A stretch of 64,000 bases of DNA from Dictyostelium discoideum (GCA_000004695.1 CM000152.2:1312001-1376000), one strand, 5' to 3'. Positions 37,831-54,024 are shown, counted from the stretch's first letter. Numbers and translations are program-made. Notes: generated from the letters alone by a model not told the origin.

Positions 37831-38873
37831 CTATACTATTATTATTATTATTATTATTTATTAATGGTAATGATCTTAAAAAACTTCTTAATCTATTTTT
37901 AATTTTTCTAGCTATAATTTCAGTATTTATAATTGTTGACAAACGTTGGTCAATTGCATGAAAATCAGTTTTTTTTAAACGTTGTAAATAACGAACGTTT
38001 ATACCTTCACGATGCATACTATCGATTAACATTAGATTTTGAGAAAGTTCCATAATATTTTTACATTTTGTTTTCTTTACTTTTTGATTCATTAATAATA
38101 CAAAACTTGGAATGATATGATTGAGTAAACGTTTTTGTGATCTTTCAACCTCTTCATTGTTTTTATCTCTATCGGGACCAGCAAACTTTGTAAAGGCATC
38201 AGAGGATAGGGGCATCTTTGAACTTCGTACCAATTCGGGTCTAAGAAGTGTATAAAGATGTGAACCTGTTTTACCGGGTATTGGCTTCTCTGGTGGGAAA
38301 ACTCTAGCTGTATCGATTACAACGAAATGATTATCCTTTGTGATATGTCCTTCAATATCGCATGGCCCATATAGAAATGTTTTATTATCGCTCTGACCAG
38401 TATAATGACCTTTTAAATTCAATATTTCACCGGCTTTTCTCATTTTGTCTTCCATCTCTTCGCTTTTATTATAAACTGTTTCACCACCATCATTGGATCC
38501 ATACACCAATGTTTTATCACCATCGATATTAAGTTGAGATGTTGCAATTAATCTATAACCCATATAATCGATCAATGTCATCAATGGTAAAAACAAACCA
38601 TCGATTTGACAATTGAAATATCCCATTAACCCTTTTAATTCATGACCTGCTGACTTCATTGCAAATGCATCGCCACCATAAATACCATAACAATCTACTG
38701 CAAACTTAAAAAATATACCACTCTTTAAATATTTTAATCCACCTGCAACTCCACCTGCATCATATGATGGTATTGTCCATCCACTTGATAATCCTTTCTC
38801 TTGAATAATAGTTACACCATGTTTTGTTGCAACATTTACAAATTCTTCTGCAATTGCTTGAATTTTTTGACTT
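36299..38873 (-). CDS. Clu-domain / TPR / C-terminal SH2 protein, exon 2
   Basis: The CLU central domain IFFKFAVDCYGIYGGDAFAMKSAGHELKGLMGYFNCQIDGLFLPLMTLIDYMGYRLIATSQ...TLVYGSNDGGETV...DIEGHITKDNHFVVIDTARVFPPE aligns with human CLUH IFFSLGFDVRDHYKDFGGD...[20 protein letters not shown]...SVIYGSIDFGKTV...[22 protein letters not shown]. TPR-like helices follow (AIEKFQLAVKLKRNHHYALFNWAEALRGWA). The C-terminus holds an SH2 (WFFQTLETQGVASLLSGAPAGGFIIRNSNSRPGSFVFSYL). The frame continues upstream of the track start to an acceptor near 38874-80. Confidence 0.75.
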
Positions 38874-39013
38874 CTTTTTCTTTATTATCATTATTAAAAA
38901 TAAAATAAAATAAAATAATTAATAAATTTTAAATCTAAAAACTTTTTTTTTTTTTTTTTTTTATAGTTTTTTTCAAATTCTGTGTAAATTTTTCAATTTA
39001 TTGTTGTACATAC

Positions 39014-40374
39014 AAATTTTCATTACCACAATTATGATCCATTTGTAAAGCATTCCAAAAATCTAATGACCAATTTCTAATTGGTTCAGTTGGTTTTTCA
39101 ATCTCTTCCTTTTTAAATAAACTACCTAAACCATTTGAATTATTAATCTTTGTTTTCAACGCTTCTAAATCTCCAATTGATAATTTTTCAAAATGTAAAT
39201 CACCACTACTATCACTCATATTACCTAAACTATTAATTGCTTTTTCTTTTAAATTTGTTGTAGTTGTTGTTGTAGTTGTTGTTGTTGTTGTCGATTCATT
39301 ATTATCGTTATAATTATCATTATCGCTATCACTATCATCTTCATTTGGATTATAATCATCTTCGACATATAGTGGAGATGGAGCTGATCCCATATTTAAA
39401 CTTGACCTATTATTATTAATACCTCTACTACTACTATTTTTATTTTGTAAACTATTATTAGGATTATTAGAATTATTATGAATAAAAGATGGTAATGGTG
39501 GTGAATTACCAATTTGAAAATTTGATAAGTTTGGTAATAAAGTATTTTGAGAAGATTTTAAACCTTCTATCTCTAAAATATTTTTATCCTTTGAAATACT
39601 AACTGGTGCACTTGATGATCTATCTCTGCTATTTCCAATTATATTTATATTTTTATTTATTGATATTGATGATTTTGATGTTGATGTTGTAGTATTTGTT
39701 GTTGTTGTTGTGGTGGTGGTTGTAGTGGTGGTTGTAGTTGTCGAGGCTTTATCTACATTACCATATAATGATTGTTGTTGTTGTTGAGAATTTACTTTAC
39801 CATCTCCACCACCATTAAAGTTATAATATACAGCCTGATTAAATTTTGGAATTGAAACAGGATTATAATGATCTACCCTATTAATTGGTCCCATTGGTAC
39901 CAATACTGGATTACTACATGATATTTCAAATAAATCTGATGCAATTAGAGGTGATTTCTTTAATTTATCAATATAAATAAAAACTTCATTTATTGAAACT
40001 TTGTTATTATTATTATTATTATTTGTTGTAGAAGTGGTGGTGGTAGTGGATGATTTCGAAGATCTTCTTGTTGATGGTGAGGAGGTTGGTGTTGGTGTTG
40101 ATGGGGAAGAGGATGATGACGAAGATGATGATGATGATGATGAATCTGGAGATGTTGCTTTTTTCTTTAAAAAAATTAATAAAATAACATATTTGATAAA
40201 GTTTTCTGAATCATCAGGGTTCTCTTCAAACCTTTTGTGGAGATCTGGTAATGATAATAATAATTCATTTATATCTGTATTTGTTCCCATTTTATTTGGT
40301 GATATTGTTAATTCAATACCACCACCTATCCCTTTTTTACTTTTATTATTTTCATTAACAATTGATGTTGTCAT
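39014..40374 (-). CDS. Clu-domain/TPR/SH2 protein, exon 1 (S/T/N-rich N-terminal region)
   Basis: ATG at 40374. The ORF ends ...CGNENL at the donor TT|GTATGT (39013-08), phase 2. Splicing to exon 2 skips the TAA at 38998 and joins in frame, giving ...NENL|SQKIQAIAEEFVN. Confidence 0.55.
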
Positions 40375-40647
40375 GGTAGTATTATTATTTTATTTTTACT
40401 TTTTACTTTTTACTTTTTACTTTTAACTTTTAACTTTTTACTTTTTACTTTTTACTTTTTATATAGTTTGAATTTATTTTTACTTAATTTTATTTTAAAT
40501 GGTATATTAATTTTATTTTTATTATTTTTTTTTAATTTTATGTATTCTATTTATAAATATTGATGTAGTATATTTGAAATGACACTTCATATATTTATAT
40601 ATATAATTGAAAAGAAAAAAAAAAAAAAGATTAATAAATTCAAAAAT

Positions 40648-40678
<31 letters not shown>

Positions 40679-41493
40679 TTATTTGTATAATAAATAAACA
40701 TATAACTCTTGAAGTAAAAGTAATAATAAAAAAAAAAATAAAATAAAATAAAAAAAATTTTAAAAATTGAAAAAAAAAAAAAAATGAAAAAAAAAAAAAA
40801 AATAAAAAAATAAAATAAAAAAATAAAAAAATAAAATTAATTTTATTTCTTTTTTTTTTTTTTTTTTTGGAAATCTTAATATTTTTAAAAATAATAAATT
40901 ACTTTTTTTGTTAAGTGAAAATAAAAAAATAAAATAAAATAAAAAAAATTAAAATTAAAATAATTTTTTGATCAATTATTAACTATGAAATTTCATTGAA
41001 TATTAATTGAATTATAATATAATAATAATTTTGTTTTAGTTTGAGGTGTTCTAGTTTAGTGATTTTGAAAATAAACACTAAAAATTATTTTTATTATTAT
41101 TTTAATTTTATTTTTTTTCTATTTTTTTCTATTTTTAAATCAATTTAAATAAAAAATAAAAAAAAATAATAAAAAAATAAAAAAAAATTGAAAATAAAAA
41201 TTTAAAGGAATAATTTATTTTTATTTAAATTAACAATTAATATATCTAATTTTTTTGATTTTGATATTACAATGACCCAATCCCAAAACTGGCCAAATAA
41301 TTTAAACCACCCAAACCTTTTATAATTTCGGTTATTGAAAAAACAAACGCCGAATTACTTTTGTAAATTGGAAAAATCAAAAACTGATAAATTTCAAAAC
41401 AAATCTGTACTCAATTTTTTTTTTTTTTTTTTTTAATTAAAAAAAAAAGCTTGCAAACTAAAAATAGGATACTTATTCCCCTTTGGTGTGTAC

Positions 41494-41525
<32 letters not shown>

Positions 41526-41560
41526 TTAAAAAAAAATATATCTTTTTTTTCTCGTTTTTT

Positions 41561-41595
<35 letters not shown>

Positions 41596-41770
41596 GACTT
41601 TTTTTTTTTAAAATGAACCAAAATTTTTAATCAGATCTCTGATGGTCGTGAATTAGCACTAGATCAGTCATTAAGGGAAAAAAGAAAAAAAAAAAAATTG
41701 AAAAAAAAAAAAATTATTTTTCCATTACCTCTTTTTAACTATTACCATTTATTTTTTTTTTAAATATGCA

Positions 41771-41801
<31 letters not shown>

Positions 41802-43000
41802 ATTTAAAATGTTTAAGAAAAAAAAAAAAAAAAAAAAATTTAGTAAAAGGTTTTTTTTTAGTTCAACTAAAACCATATGATAATCTAGATTGAGGAGATA
41901 AATTTATGAGAAAAAATGAGGCATATGAAAGTTTATGTTAATCATATGTGACGATTGGGTATATTGAATGGATTATTATAATTATAAAAAAAAAAAAAAA
42001 AAAAAAAATATCTTTTTTTTTCTTTGATTTGGAAAATTTTGGTTTCAACCAATAATTTTTTTTCTTTTTTTTTTTTTTTTTTTTAATTTTTGATTCAGAT
42101 TATTTGTTTAAATTAGTTATAGTAGATATTTATGCCAATTTAGAAAAAAAAAAAAAAAATATATTTTATTTGATTGATTGTTTTTATTTTTATTTATTTT
42201 TTTTTTTTTTTTTTTTTTTCCTTCATTGATAATATTTGAATAGGTTCAAAAAATAAAAAAAATCTTTTTTTTTTTTTTTTTTAAAACCCAAAAGACATCC
42301 AAAACCTATCAAAATTAATCTACTTAACGAGTTTGCTTCCAATTTTTTTTTTTTTTTTTTTTTTTTTTTGGAGATTTAAGAAATAATAGAAAACTAAAAA
42401 AAATAATAAGGAAAATAGGACAAGTGAATAATAAAAAATTCAATATTTTATTAACTAATTCAATAAAATAAAAAAGAAAAAAGAAAAAAAAAAAAAAAAA
42501 TAATAAAAAATAATAAAAATTAATTAATCAGACGAAAAAAAAAAATTTTCAGCCGCTTTGCGAGTCGACTATTTTTGTCAACTGATAAAAAAAAAAAAAA
42601 AAAAAAAAAAACGCTAAAGCTCTTTTCTAAAATTAGACTCAAACGTTTCTCTCGTCAAAAAAAAAAAATTTATTTTTATTTTTTTTTTTTTTATTTTTAT
42701 TTTTTTTTTTTATTTTTTTTTTTTTTTATTTTTTTTTATTTTTTTTTTTTTTTTTTTAAAAAACTCTCTTGTTGCAAACATAAATATAAAACAAACATAT
42801 AATTTTTTAGAAAAAACATAAGATCAAAGCAAAATTTTTTAAATAATAAAGAATAAAAAAAAAAATAATAAACAACATATCAGTCACAACAAATATATCA
42901 AGATTTCTTTTTCAAAATAATAATAAAAATAGAAAGTAAAAACAACAAAAAGGTAAAATCACACACCCACACTAGATTTTTGATTTTCATCATAAATCTC

Positions 43001-43034
<34 letters not shown>

Positions 43035-44065
43035 ATCTATTTTTATTATTATTTTTTTTATTTTTATTTTTATTTTTTTGTTTTGAAATAGATTTATTAG
43101 TTAACGGGTTATCGTATTCCAAAATTTTTTTTTACTTTTTTATATTTTATTTTTTTATTTTTTTTTTTTTTTTTTTTGTAAAATAAATTGTTTTCTTATT
43201 TTTATATTATTTTATTTTATTTTATTTTATTTTTTTAATGATTGATTAAAAAAAAAAAAAAGAAAAAAATAAAGTTATTGTAAAAAAAAAAAGAAAGAAA
43301 AAAAATCTTAGAAAATTAAAAAAAAAAAAAGATATAAAAACTTTCACACACACAACCCACACACACAAACATCTAAAACCAAGATATATAAAAATATCCG
43401 AAATGGTTTTTTATTATTGTATTTTTTTTTTTTTAAAAAAAAATTATTTTTATTTTTTTATTTTTTTTAATAATTAAAAAAAGATTATTAAAAGACAAGA
43501 ATTTCTTTAGTTGTGATTTTTTTTTTTTTTAAACACTTGGAATTAGATTTTTTTATTTTATTTTTTCATTTTATTTATTTTAATTATTATTATTTTTTTT
43601 TTTTCTTCATTACAGTTGGTAAAATAAAAATAAATAAAAAAATAAAAAAGTAAAAAAAAAGACAATACCATTGTGCTTCTTTATTTTATTTTTATTATAT
43701 ATTTATTTATTATTTTTTTTTGAATAATTTCGTGTGATTCAATCTCAAAATGATTGATCACAAAGTGCCTCATTACATTTTTTTTTTTTTTTTTCATAAA
43801 ATCACATTTTGTAAAATCGCATAAAATTTTTTTTTTTTTTTTTTTTTGCAAATTTTTTAAATGAAAAAAAAAAAAAAATCAATCACCAAGTAGTACCCTT
43901 TTCAATCACAACACAAAAAAAAAAAAAATAAAAAAAAAAAAAAAAAAAAAATTTTATATATCTTAATTTTTTTTTTAAAAAAAAATTATAAAAAAAAAAA
44001 AAAAAGTCAATGGGTATAAAAAAGAAATTTTATTCTCCAAAAAAAATAATAATTTAACAACAACA

Positions 44066-44237
<172 letters not shown>

Positions 44238-44810
44238 TAATATTAATAGTAATAAAATAATACTAACAACAACTTAACACAATAATAAAAATAATTAAAA
44301 AAAAAAAAAATAATAATAGTTTATTTATTTTTTGTATATTTCAAATAACTAATTAATAACAATCAAATAATTTTATTTTATTTTATTTTTTTCATCATTC
44401 TTAGAAGAGGTAAAAATAGGAGAATTGTATTCACAATATTTTTTTTATTTATTTATTTATTTTTAAAATAATTAATTTTCACAAGGCTAATTATAGAGCA
44501 ATGTAATAATTTTTTTTTTTTTTTGTGTTGCTTATTTTTTTATTATTTTTTTTTTCCAAAATTAATTCTTTTTATGTAGTGTATTTTTTAATTACTTTAT
44601 TTAATACAAAAAAAAAAACACTGAACAAAAAACACACATTGGGATGTTAATAGGTTGTTATTAACTACTAGTTCATTCAAAATTTTATCATATTTTTTTT
44701 TTTTTTTTTTTTGTGTGGGGGAAGGGTACTAATTTTCGTATATTAAAATTCAGCTTACATGTGTGTGGTATATTATTGTTTGTCTAAAAATCTATTTATA
44801 CACATACGCA

Positions 44811-44846
<36 letters not shown>

Positions 44847-45134
44847 AAAGACACACCCTATATATATTTTAAAAATACAAAAAAAAAAATAAATAAATAA
44901 AATAAAACTACTTGAGATAAATAGCAATTAAATACAGCCAAATACTAATTAAAAAAATTCGTTATCATATAAAAATAGATCATCTTGTCTTTATTTCAAT
45001 ATAATCCCAAATTCAGCAATTTATTTTTTTTCCTAATATATAACATAACATAAAATAATAATAATAATAATAATTTAATTTATAAATTTATATAAACATA
45101 CAATAAATTTTTTTTTTTTTAAAAAAATTATGCC

Positions 45135-45172
<38 letters not shown>

Positions 45173-46186
45173 ATTTGATCATAAAGCATATAGTTTAAAT
45201 TATTAATAATAATAGTAATAGTAATAATAATAATAATAATATAATAAATAATAAAAAAATAATAGTAATCATACGATTCATAAATAATAATTGTAGTATA
45301 TAGAAATCATTTAATCAATAATAATAATAATAATAATAATATTTTGTATAATTTTTTAAAAATTTAAATTAATTTTTTTTTCCTTTTTTTGGTATGTATT
45401 CTATTTTTATAAATAAAAAAGAAAAATATGAAAATAATAGTTTTTTTTTTTATTTTGTTTCAAAAAAAAAAAAAAAAACAAAAAAAAAAATTATAATAAT
45501 AATTTTGGTGTTTTATAACATCATATATTATTATTATTATTTTTTATTTTCAAACATATTTATTTGTATATATGAAACCATGGTGATGATACAATTTAAA
45601 TAGTTTCTAACATTAAGTTTTTTTTTTTTTTTTATTCTCCTATCTATTTTTTAATTCTCCTATCTATTTTTTTATTTTATTTTACTTTTTCAATAATCCC
45701 TTTGTACACCACACACACTAAACATACTAAACACACCATATCACAAAATTCTAAAAATATCTTCAAATTAACTGAAATTTAATTATTTTTTTTATTTTTT
45801 ATTTAATTTTAATTTTTCAAAAAAAAAAATTCATTGGACAACTCGACTGTGTGTATGTTTTTTTTGTTATTTTTATGTTTTTTTTTCAACCCAACTCCAC
45901 CATACAATATCTAAAATATCAAACCACCAAATCATTTTAAAGTAGTTTTTTGCCCAATTAGTTAGTTATTTTTTTTCAATAATATTATAATAATAATTTT
46001 TTTATTTTGTAGAATTAAACAACAAACCACAATAACTTTTTTTTTTTTTTTTATAGTCCTTTTAAAAGTTAATAATAAATAATAAATAAATAAATAATAA
46101 TAATAATACAACACAACCATAATAAATAATATAATATAATTACCACCAACTCATAAATACATATAAATAATAATAATAATATTAAA

Positions 46187-46840
46187 ATGATATATCCAAA
46201 TGATGTTATGAATGAAGTTCTCCGTGACGAAATTGGATGTGACTTATTTAGAAATTATTTAAAAACTATATATTGTTCAGAAACTTTACAATTTTGGACA
46301 GAGATTGAAGCATTCAAAGCCTTTGCGCCACCACCAAAAACCGAAAATAATGGTACCCTTTTAGCTTTTTCATCAACTCCAATTGAATCATCATCATCTT
46401 CATCAAATAATAATAATAATACATCTTCAAATAATAATAATAATAATGGTGGTTGTTTCTCATCAAATAATAATAATAGTAAACAAGATAACACTAAATA
46501 TTTACCACAAGATGAACTCCACGAAAAAGCACAAAATTTATTCGATAGATTCCTTGAGAATGGTTCAGAATTTGAATTAAATATCGATGCACTTAGCAGA
46601 GAAGTTGTACGTACCAAACTTTCTGATGATATCGATTCTTCATTATTTGATGATGTACAAAAGGTAGTTTATGAAAGTCTTTGGATGGATTGTTTCCCAC
46701 CATTCACTCATACTTTAGCATACAATAGATATAAACAAGATACTGGAAAATGTCATTTACCAGAGTTCTTACGCATTAGCTTCAAAAGAAAGTCACCAAA
46801 GAAAGATGATAATATTAGAATGAAACCAATTTCAAAATAA
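46187..46840 (+). CDS. RGS (regulator of G-protein signalling) domain protein, 217 aa
   Basis: The RGS fold is split by a poly-S/N insertion: LRDEIGCDLFRNYLKTIYCSETLQFWTEIEAFK ... LHEKAQNLFDRFLENGSEFELNIDALSREVV...LFDDVQKVVYESLWMDCFPPF. Confidence 0.75.
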   Translation: MIYPNDVMNEVLRDEIGCDLFRNYLKTIYCSETLQFWTEIEAFKAFAPPPKTENNGTLLAFSSTPIESSSSSSNNNNNTSSNNNNNNGGCFSSNNNNSKQDNTKYLPQDELHEKAQNLFDRFLENGSEFELNIDALSREVVRTKLSDDIDSSLFDDVQKVVYESLWMDCFPPFTHTLAYNRYKQDTGKCHLPEFLRISFKRKSPKKDDNIRMKPISK

Positions 46841-46841
46841 A

Positions 46842-46898
<57 letters not shown>

Positions 46899-47824
46899 TA
46901 ATAACATAAAAAAAAAAAAAAAAAAAAAAAAACAAAATAATAATAATAATAATTACTATTCAAATTAAAAATTTGAATAGTAAAACTATTTATTCGCAAA
47001 CAATCGAAATCTTTTTTTTAAAAGAGAAAAAAAAAAAAAAAAAACAAAAAAAAACAAAATGTACAGTTAGTCTGTTTTGTCAAAAAGAAATAGATTGTAC
47101 TTTTTTAAATCAAAAAAAAAAAAAAAAAAAAAAAAAACAAAAAAAAAAAAAAACAGAACATAAACTCTTTTTTAAGAAAGAAAAGAATTTTTTTTAGCAA
47201 ACTTATAAAAAAAAAAAAAAAAAAAAAAATAAAAAAAAAATAATTGTATATATACATAAATTTAACTTTTTTTCATTTATTTATTGTTTATTTTATATTT
47301 TTAAATATTTATTATTATTTTTTTTACCAATCTATTTTTATTCTCTTATTTTTATTTATAATTATTTTTTTTTTTTTCATTTTCCTATTAGTAATTATAT
47401 TTCCAATTTTTTTTTTAAATGTTAAACATTACATAATTGACTTTAAAGAAATTAATTTAAGTAGAGATTAAAGTGTTTTATTTTTTTTTTATTTTTTTTT
47501 GGGAATAAAATTAAAATTGGTACTAATAGATATATTAGATTAAACAATATTAAATTAATAATTTTATTCCAAAAAAAAAAAAAAAAAATAATAATAATAA
47601 TAATATAAAATAACAAAAAAAAAAATAGAAATATAAAAAGTATATTGTTTTTTTATTTTACATTTTAAATTTTATTAATTTTTTTTTTTTATTTTTTTCA
47701 ATTTTAAAAAAAAAATTAATTTAATTAATAAAAATTCTTTTAAAATTCTTTTTTTTCTTTTTTTTTTTTTTTTGTTTTTTTATAACACACCCCAATAATC
47801 ACAACAGAAAAAAATAAACAAAAA

Positions 47825-47868
<44 letters not shown>

Positions 47869-47879
47869 AAAAAAACTCA

Positions 47880-49085
<1,206 letters not shown>

Positions 49086-49339
49086 AAAAAAAAAAGAAAA
49101 AAAAAAAAGAATTAAAAAGATTATTTGATATGTTTTTTTTTTTTTTTTTATATCTTTGATTCTCTTTTTTAATATTTTAAATAAAAAAATCCTAATGGTG
49201 TAATTATTTTTTTTAATATTTTAAATAAAAACTCCTAATGGTGTAATTATTTTAATTTTATTTTCATTTTTTTATTTTTTTTTTATTTTTTTTATTTTTT
49301 TTTTTCCAGCTTTATTATTTCTTTTTTTTTTTAATTTAT

Positions 49340-49776
49340 TTATTTATTTAATTCTAAAACTAAATTTTCTGCAATTTTTTTAACGATTTCAGATTCATCT
49401 TGTTTAGAGATTTCATTTAAAATTTGATATAGTGAGTTTGTTTGTTCTTTATCTACAAGTAATAATGATGGTGATTGTACAATGGAGGCAGTGATTTTTA
49501 ATAAAGTAATTTTTGAAACGGGAGAACTATCTACTCTAAGACACTCTACCAAAGAATTTACTAATCCCTCATTGATGAGAGATTTTAACAATTGTTGTGA
49601 ACCATTTATAAGGTTAAAAAGTGGTATAATTGATTTTTGAAATGATGGATGTTTAATATGGTTAATATTTAAAATACCAATCAATCTTAATGGTATATTA
49701 TGATTTTCAAATGATGTTGATGATGATGATGTTGGTAATTGTAATGATGATGATGATGTTGATGTTGATGTTGATA

Positions 49777-49809
<33 letters not shown>

Positions 49810-51959
49810 GTGATGATTTTGATGTTGATGTTGATGTTGATGTCGATGTTAAAGGAGATATTGTACCACCACTATTTAATTTTTCAAAAACTAATTTAGA
49901 TTCTAAAGTTGCCCAAGTTGAAATTGATTCTATTGCATCAGCAAACCAATTTCTATCCTCAATTAAATCCAATAGTTTATCGATGGTATTACATTTCCAA
50001 AGTAGGGATCTATTATTACAAGATCTAACCAAATCGAATAGTATCGGTAAGGCCAATTCTTTTAATGGACCTCTTTCTTCGATGATAGTTAGCAATGGTT
50101 CAAGTATTGATGATTTCAATGCTTTCTCTTGTCTACTTCTATCCAATAATAATAAATAATAAAGTGAATGTAATGCTTGATTATGAATCTCTGTAATCTT
50201 ATCGATACCACCATGTTTCTTCAAATAGTTTATCAATGGTGGGATTACACCAGCATCATCTAATCTTGAACGAACATTTGGATCCATTGATAGATTCTTT
50301 ATAACTTTTAATATTTTCAATAGGAATGATCTAATATTATTACCAATGGTTTTCCATGTATAAATTTCATCCAATACATTTACAATATATTTAATAACAT
50401 TGGATTGACTCATCTCTTCCTTTACCAATGAATCACCTGTTGAAAAAAATAATAAAATATCTGCCGCTTTCACACTATATGCTAAAACTTTATCAAATTG
50501 ATCTTTACTTAAATTCTTTACACTTGATGATTTAGATAATACTGGAAATTTTAAATTTGGTGATGATGATGATGGTAATAATTGTTGTTGTTGTTGTTGT
50601 TGTTGTTGCTGTTGTAATAATAATTGTTGTTGTTGTTGAATTTGTTTTTGTTGAAATTGTTGAGATTTACTTGTTGCAGATTTATCGCTTGAATTAAAAA
50701 TTTGATTTAAAAGGTAAGAAATTCTATACATTAATGCAGTTTTTGCAAATAAATGACATAATGCAGTTTTTGGTGAAGCTGTATTCATTTTAAAAATTAA
50801 AGAGATTGCATCCAATGAATTATGAATTAATGTGAAGCCATTGAAATAATCACTATCTAATAGATCTACTAATACTTTACAACCACGACTACCCGTAATG
50901 AACATATTTAAACTATAGGTTGAATAGCTACATAGTTGTAATACGAATTTTGATACTTCCTCTCTAATGAGTTCATCAAATTGTTTGGTTGCCAATTTAG
51001 TTATGATTGAAATACCATTCATTAAACAAATAGTCTCTTGAATATCTTTCTCCTTTATAATGGATTGGTTCAATAGTTTTAATAGATTGATTACCAATTC
51101 AACATTTGAAAAGTCTTCACTAAACGTATCGGAGTTGTTATTATGATGATAGGTTGTCGTTATGACATCGCTTGGCGTATCACTATTACAACAGCAATTG
51201 TCCTCTAAAATCTCTAGAATCGTAATGATGGGTAGTCTAAAATAAACACCACCTTCACCATTACTAATTAATAATTTACGTTCATCTGGATAGGTTTGAA
51301 AAAGGTCTGTTAACTTTTGACAAGTATCAATTAAAACATCATTTGGTTGATTTGGTTTCAATTGTAATATAAATTCAACAATGGTTTTAACAACTTGTTC
51401 TCTATATTTATCTTGAATATTAATTGTACGTTGATTATCTGCTTCTGACCATGATATTGTATCAAACGATTCTTCAAATTCTGTATCCCATTCTTCTGAA
51501 GTTTCTTTAACTTTTAATTTCATTTCTGATGGCGATAATGGTTGTTGTAAATGTTGTTGTTGTTGTTGTTGTTGTTGTTGTAGAAGTAATTGTTGTTGTT
51601 GTTGTTTAAGTTGACCACTACTACTATATCTAATGATTCTATTTGATGGTAGTATTTTCTTTGCAATATTTGAATTTATTGCTGCATTTGTTGTTGCTGT
51701 TGAAGATTCAGATTCATCACCACTTGAACCGAAATTATCAAATTCATCATCCCAATCTTTCTTTTGATTTCTAACTTTAAATCTACTTGTATCGCTAACT
51801 TTTTGATCAAATACTAAATCAGTTTCATCATCTTCGTTATCCTTTTCAGTGAATTTATTAAATTTTAATAATTTTAATTTATGACTATTACTACTATTAA
51901 TACTATTACTATTACTATTATTATTACTATTATTACTACTATTATTATTATTACTATTA

Positions 51960-52021
<62 letters not shown>

Positions 52022-53379
52022 GCTATTGCTATTGCTAATATTATTATTAGCATTAAAACTTTGTTGGCGTTGTAATTGAATTGGTGGTTTATGACTAAGT
52101 ATTGGTTGTAATTTTTGTAAACATATTGTTGAATTTGGTAATACTATATTATCAAATTCATCATCACTTTCTTTCTCTGAGAATTTTCTTAAATGTAAAT
52201 TTATTTTCTCTTTTTCTTGATTCAATTGTTCTTGTGATTTCATCATTGGTGATAATGGTGTAGTTGGAATTGGTGGTGGTGTTGATATAGCTGAAACAAC
52301 TGGTGATGTTACATTTGATCCTGTATTTGTAGAACTTGGTGTAGTAGTAGTAGTAGTATTAGTGGCTGCATTAGTAGTGGTAGTAGTTGTTGTTGTTGTT
52401 GTTGTTGTTGCAGCGGCAGCAATTATATTTGGTTGTATTGATTGTTTTTGACCAGCCGATAATTTACGTGGAGAAGCAATTTGAACATGTTGACCACTAC
52501 CATTATTAATTTTATTTAATGATGATTTATCAATTGAATTTACTGTTTGACTAATTTTATTTGATGGTACAGCTGACCATGATGAATTTAATGTTGGTGA
52601 AGCTTTATTTTGATTAACTGTTGATGTACTTGTTGCTGGTATTGGTAATAATGATGATGATAATGATGGTGATGTTAATTTATTATTATTATTATTAGTG
52701 GTACTACTATTATTTTTAGTAGTAGTTGAAGAAATATTTGGACTATTATTAGTGGCACTACTATTATTATTATTATTATTATTATCATTTGATGAAGAAA
52801 TATTCATATTTGTTAATGGTGGTACTAATTGAGAAGGTGATGGTGGTTGAACTACAGCAGAAGAACGTGGTCTAGTGATGTTACTATTATTATCTTGAAT
52901 GATATCTTGTAATTGAGCATTATAGGAAAGAATTTCTTGACGGGCATTTTTTGGAGCTTGAGTTTCAGGATTCCTAATTTGTACTGATTTCACCCAAGGA
53001 TGATGTAAAAGTTGTTTTGCGGAACTACGTATATTCTCATCCTTTTTGAAGCAATTTAATAGGAAATCTTTTAATGCCGCTGAAATTCCTGGTGGTATTG
53101 GTGGATGATCCTCTTGAACTATCTTATATAATGCAGCAGCTGGTGCTAATCCAAAATAGGGTGGTGTTCCTGTCAATAATTCAATGATTGTACAACCTAA
53201 ACTCCAAACATCACATGCTGTTGATATACCTTGCATTTGAATAACCTCTGGGGCCATCCAATATGGTGTACCTGCAAATGTATCATCTGGATTATCTGAA
53301 CTTAAATCTGAAACTTTTGTTGCTACACCAAAATCTGCTAATTTAATTGAACCATCTGTACTAATTAATAAATTTGCAG
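49340..53379 (-). CDS. sepA: Cdc7(S.pombe)/Cdc15-family STE-group Ser/Thr kinase (septase-like), exon 4: kinase subdomains VII-XI plus ~1250-aa C-terminal region
   Basis: [23 protein letters not shown]...[40 protein letters not shown]...[14 protein letters not shown]...[28 protein letters not shown] is near-colinear with S. pombe Cdc7. The long tail carries polyQ/N/T tracts and helical ARM-like repeats. The sepA symbol is my inference. Confidence 0.8.
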
Positions 53380-53486
53380 CTAAATAATAATAATAATAAT
53401 AATGAATAATATAAAATATAAAAAACAATGTTAACATATTTGAATTATAATCCATTGTCATCTCCTATCTCTCTCTTCTCTCTCAC

Positions 53487-53629
53487 CTTTAATATCTCTA
53501 TGAATTACACCCTGTCTATGTAAATATTCTAAACCATTTAAAACCTGTGCTATATAAACTGTTACTAAACTTTCGGGTAACAAACCATGTCTTTTAATTA
53601 TTTTTTCTAATGATCCATTCTCTATAAAC
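53487..53629 (-). CDS. sepA: Cdc7/Cdc15-like kinase, exon 3 (subdomains V-VIb: [15 protein letters not shown]...[12 protein letters not shown])
   Basis: Acceptor taatAG at 53631-30 and the donor AAAG|GTGAGA. Confidence 0.75.
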
Positions 53630-53684
53630 CTATTAAAATCATGTATGTAAATTAATATTTATTAAATTTTTTTGATATTTATAT

Positions 53685-53796
<112 letters not shown>

Positions 53797-53804
53797 AAAC
53801 TTAC

Positions 53805-54024
53805 TCCATAACAATATATGAATGAGAAGATGATGGAATATGTTCATAATATCTGACAATATTGTGATGTGATAAAACTTTTAAAAGATTAATTTCTGCC
53901 ATTAACGATATTTGTGATTCACTCTGTAATTTCTTCTTTTTCATTATTTTAATCTTTTTAATTGCCGAAAAATAACCTTTAGTTTTATGTAACCCTTTAT
54001 AAACTACACCAAATCCACCTTTAC
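53805..54024 (-). CDS. sepA: Cdc7/Cdc15-like kinase, exon 2 ([11 protein letters not shown]...AIKKIK...[22 protein letters not shown])
   Basis: Contains the Gly-rich loop and the VAIK-equivalent Lys. The donor GA|GTAAGT is anchored on the frame of ORF 53662..53859. Confidence 0.75.
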
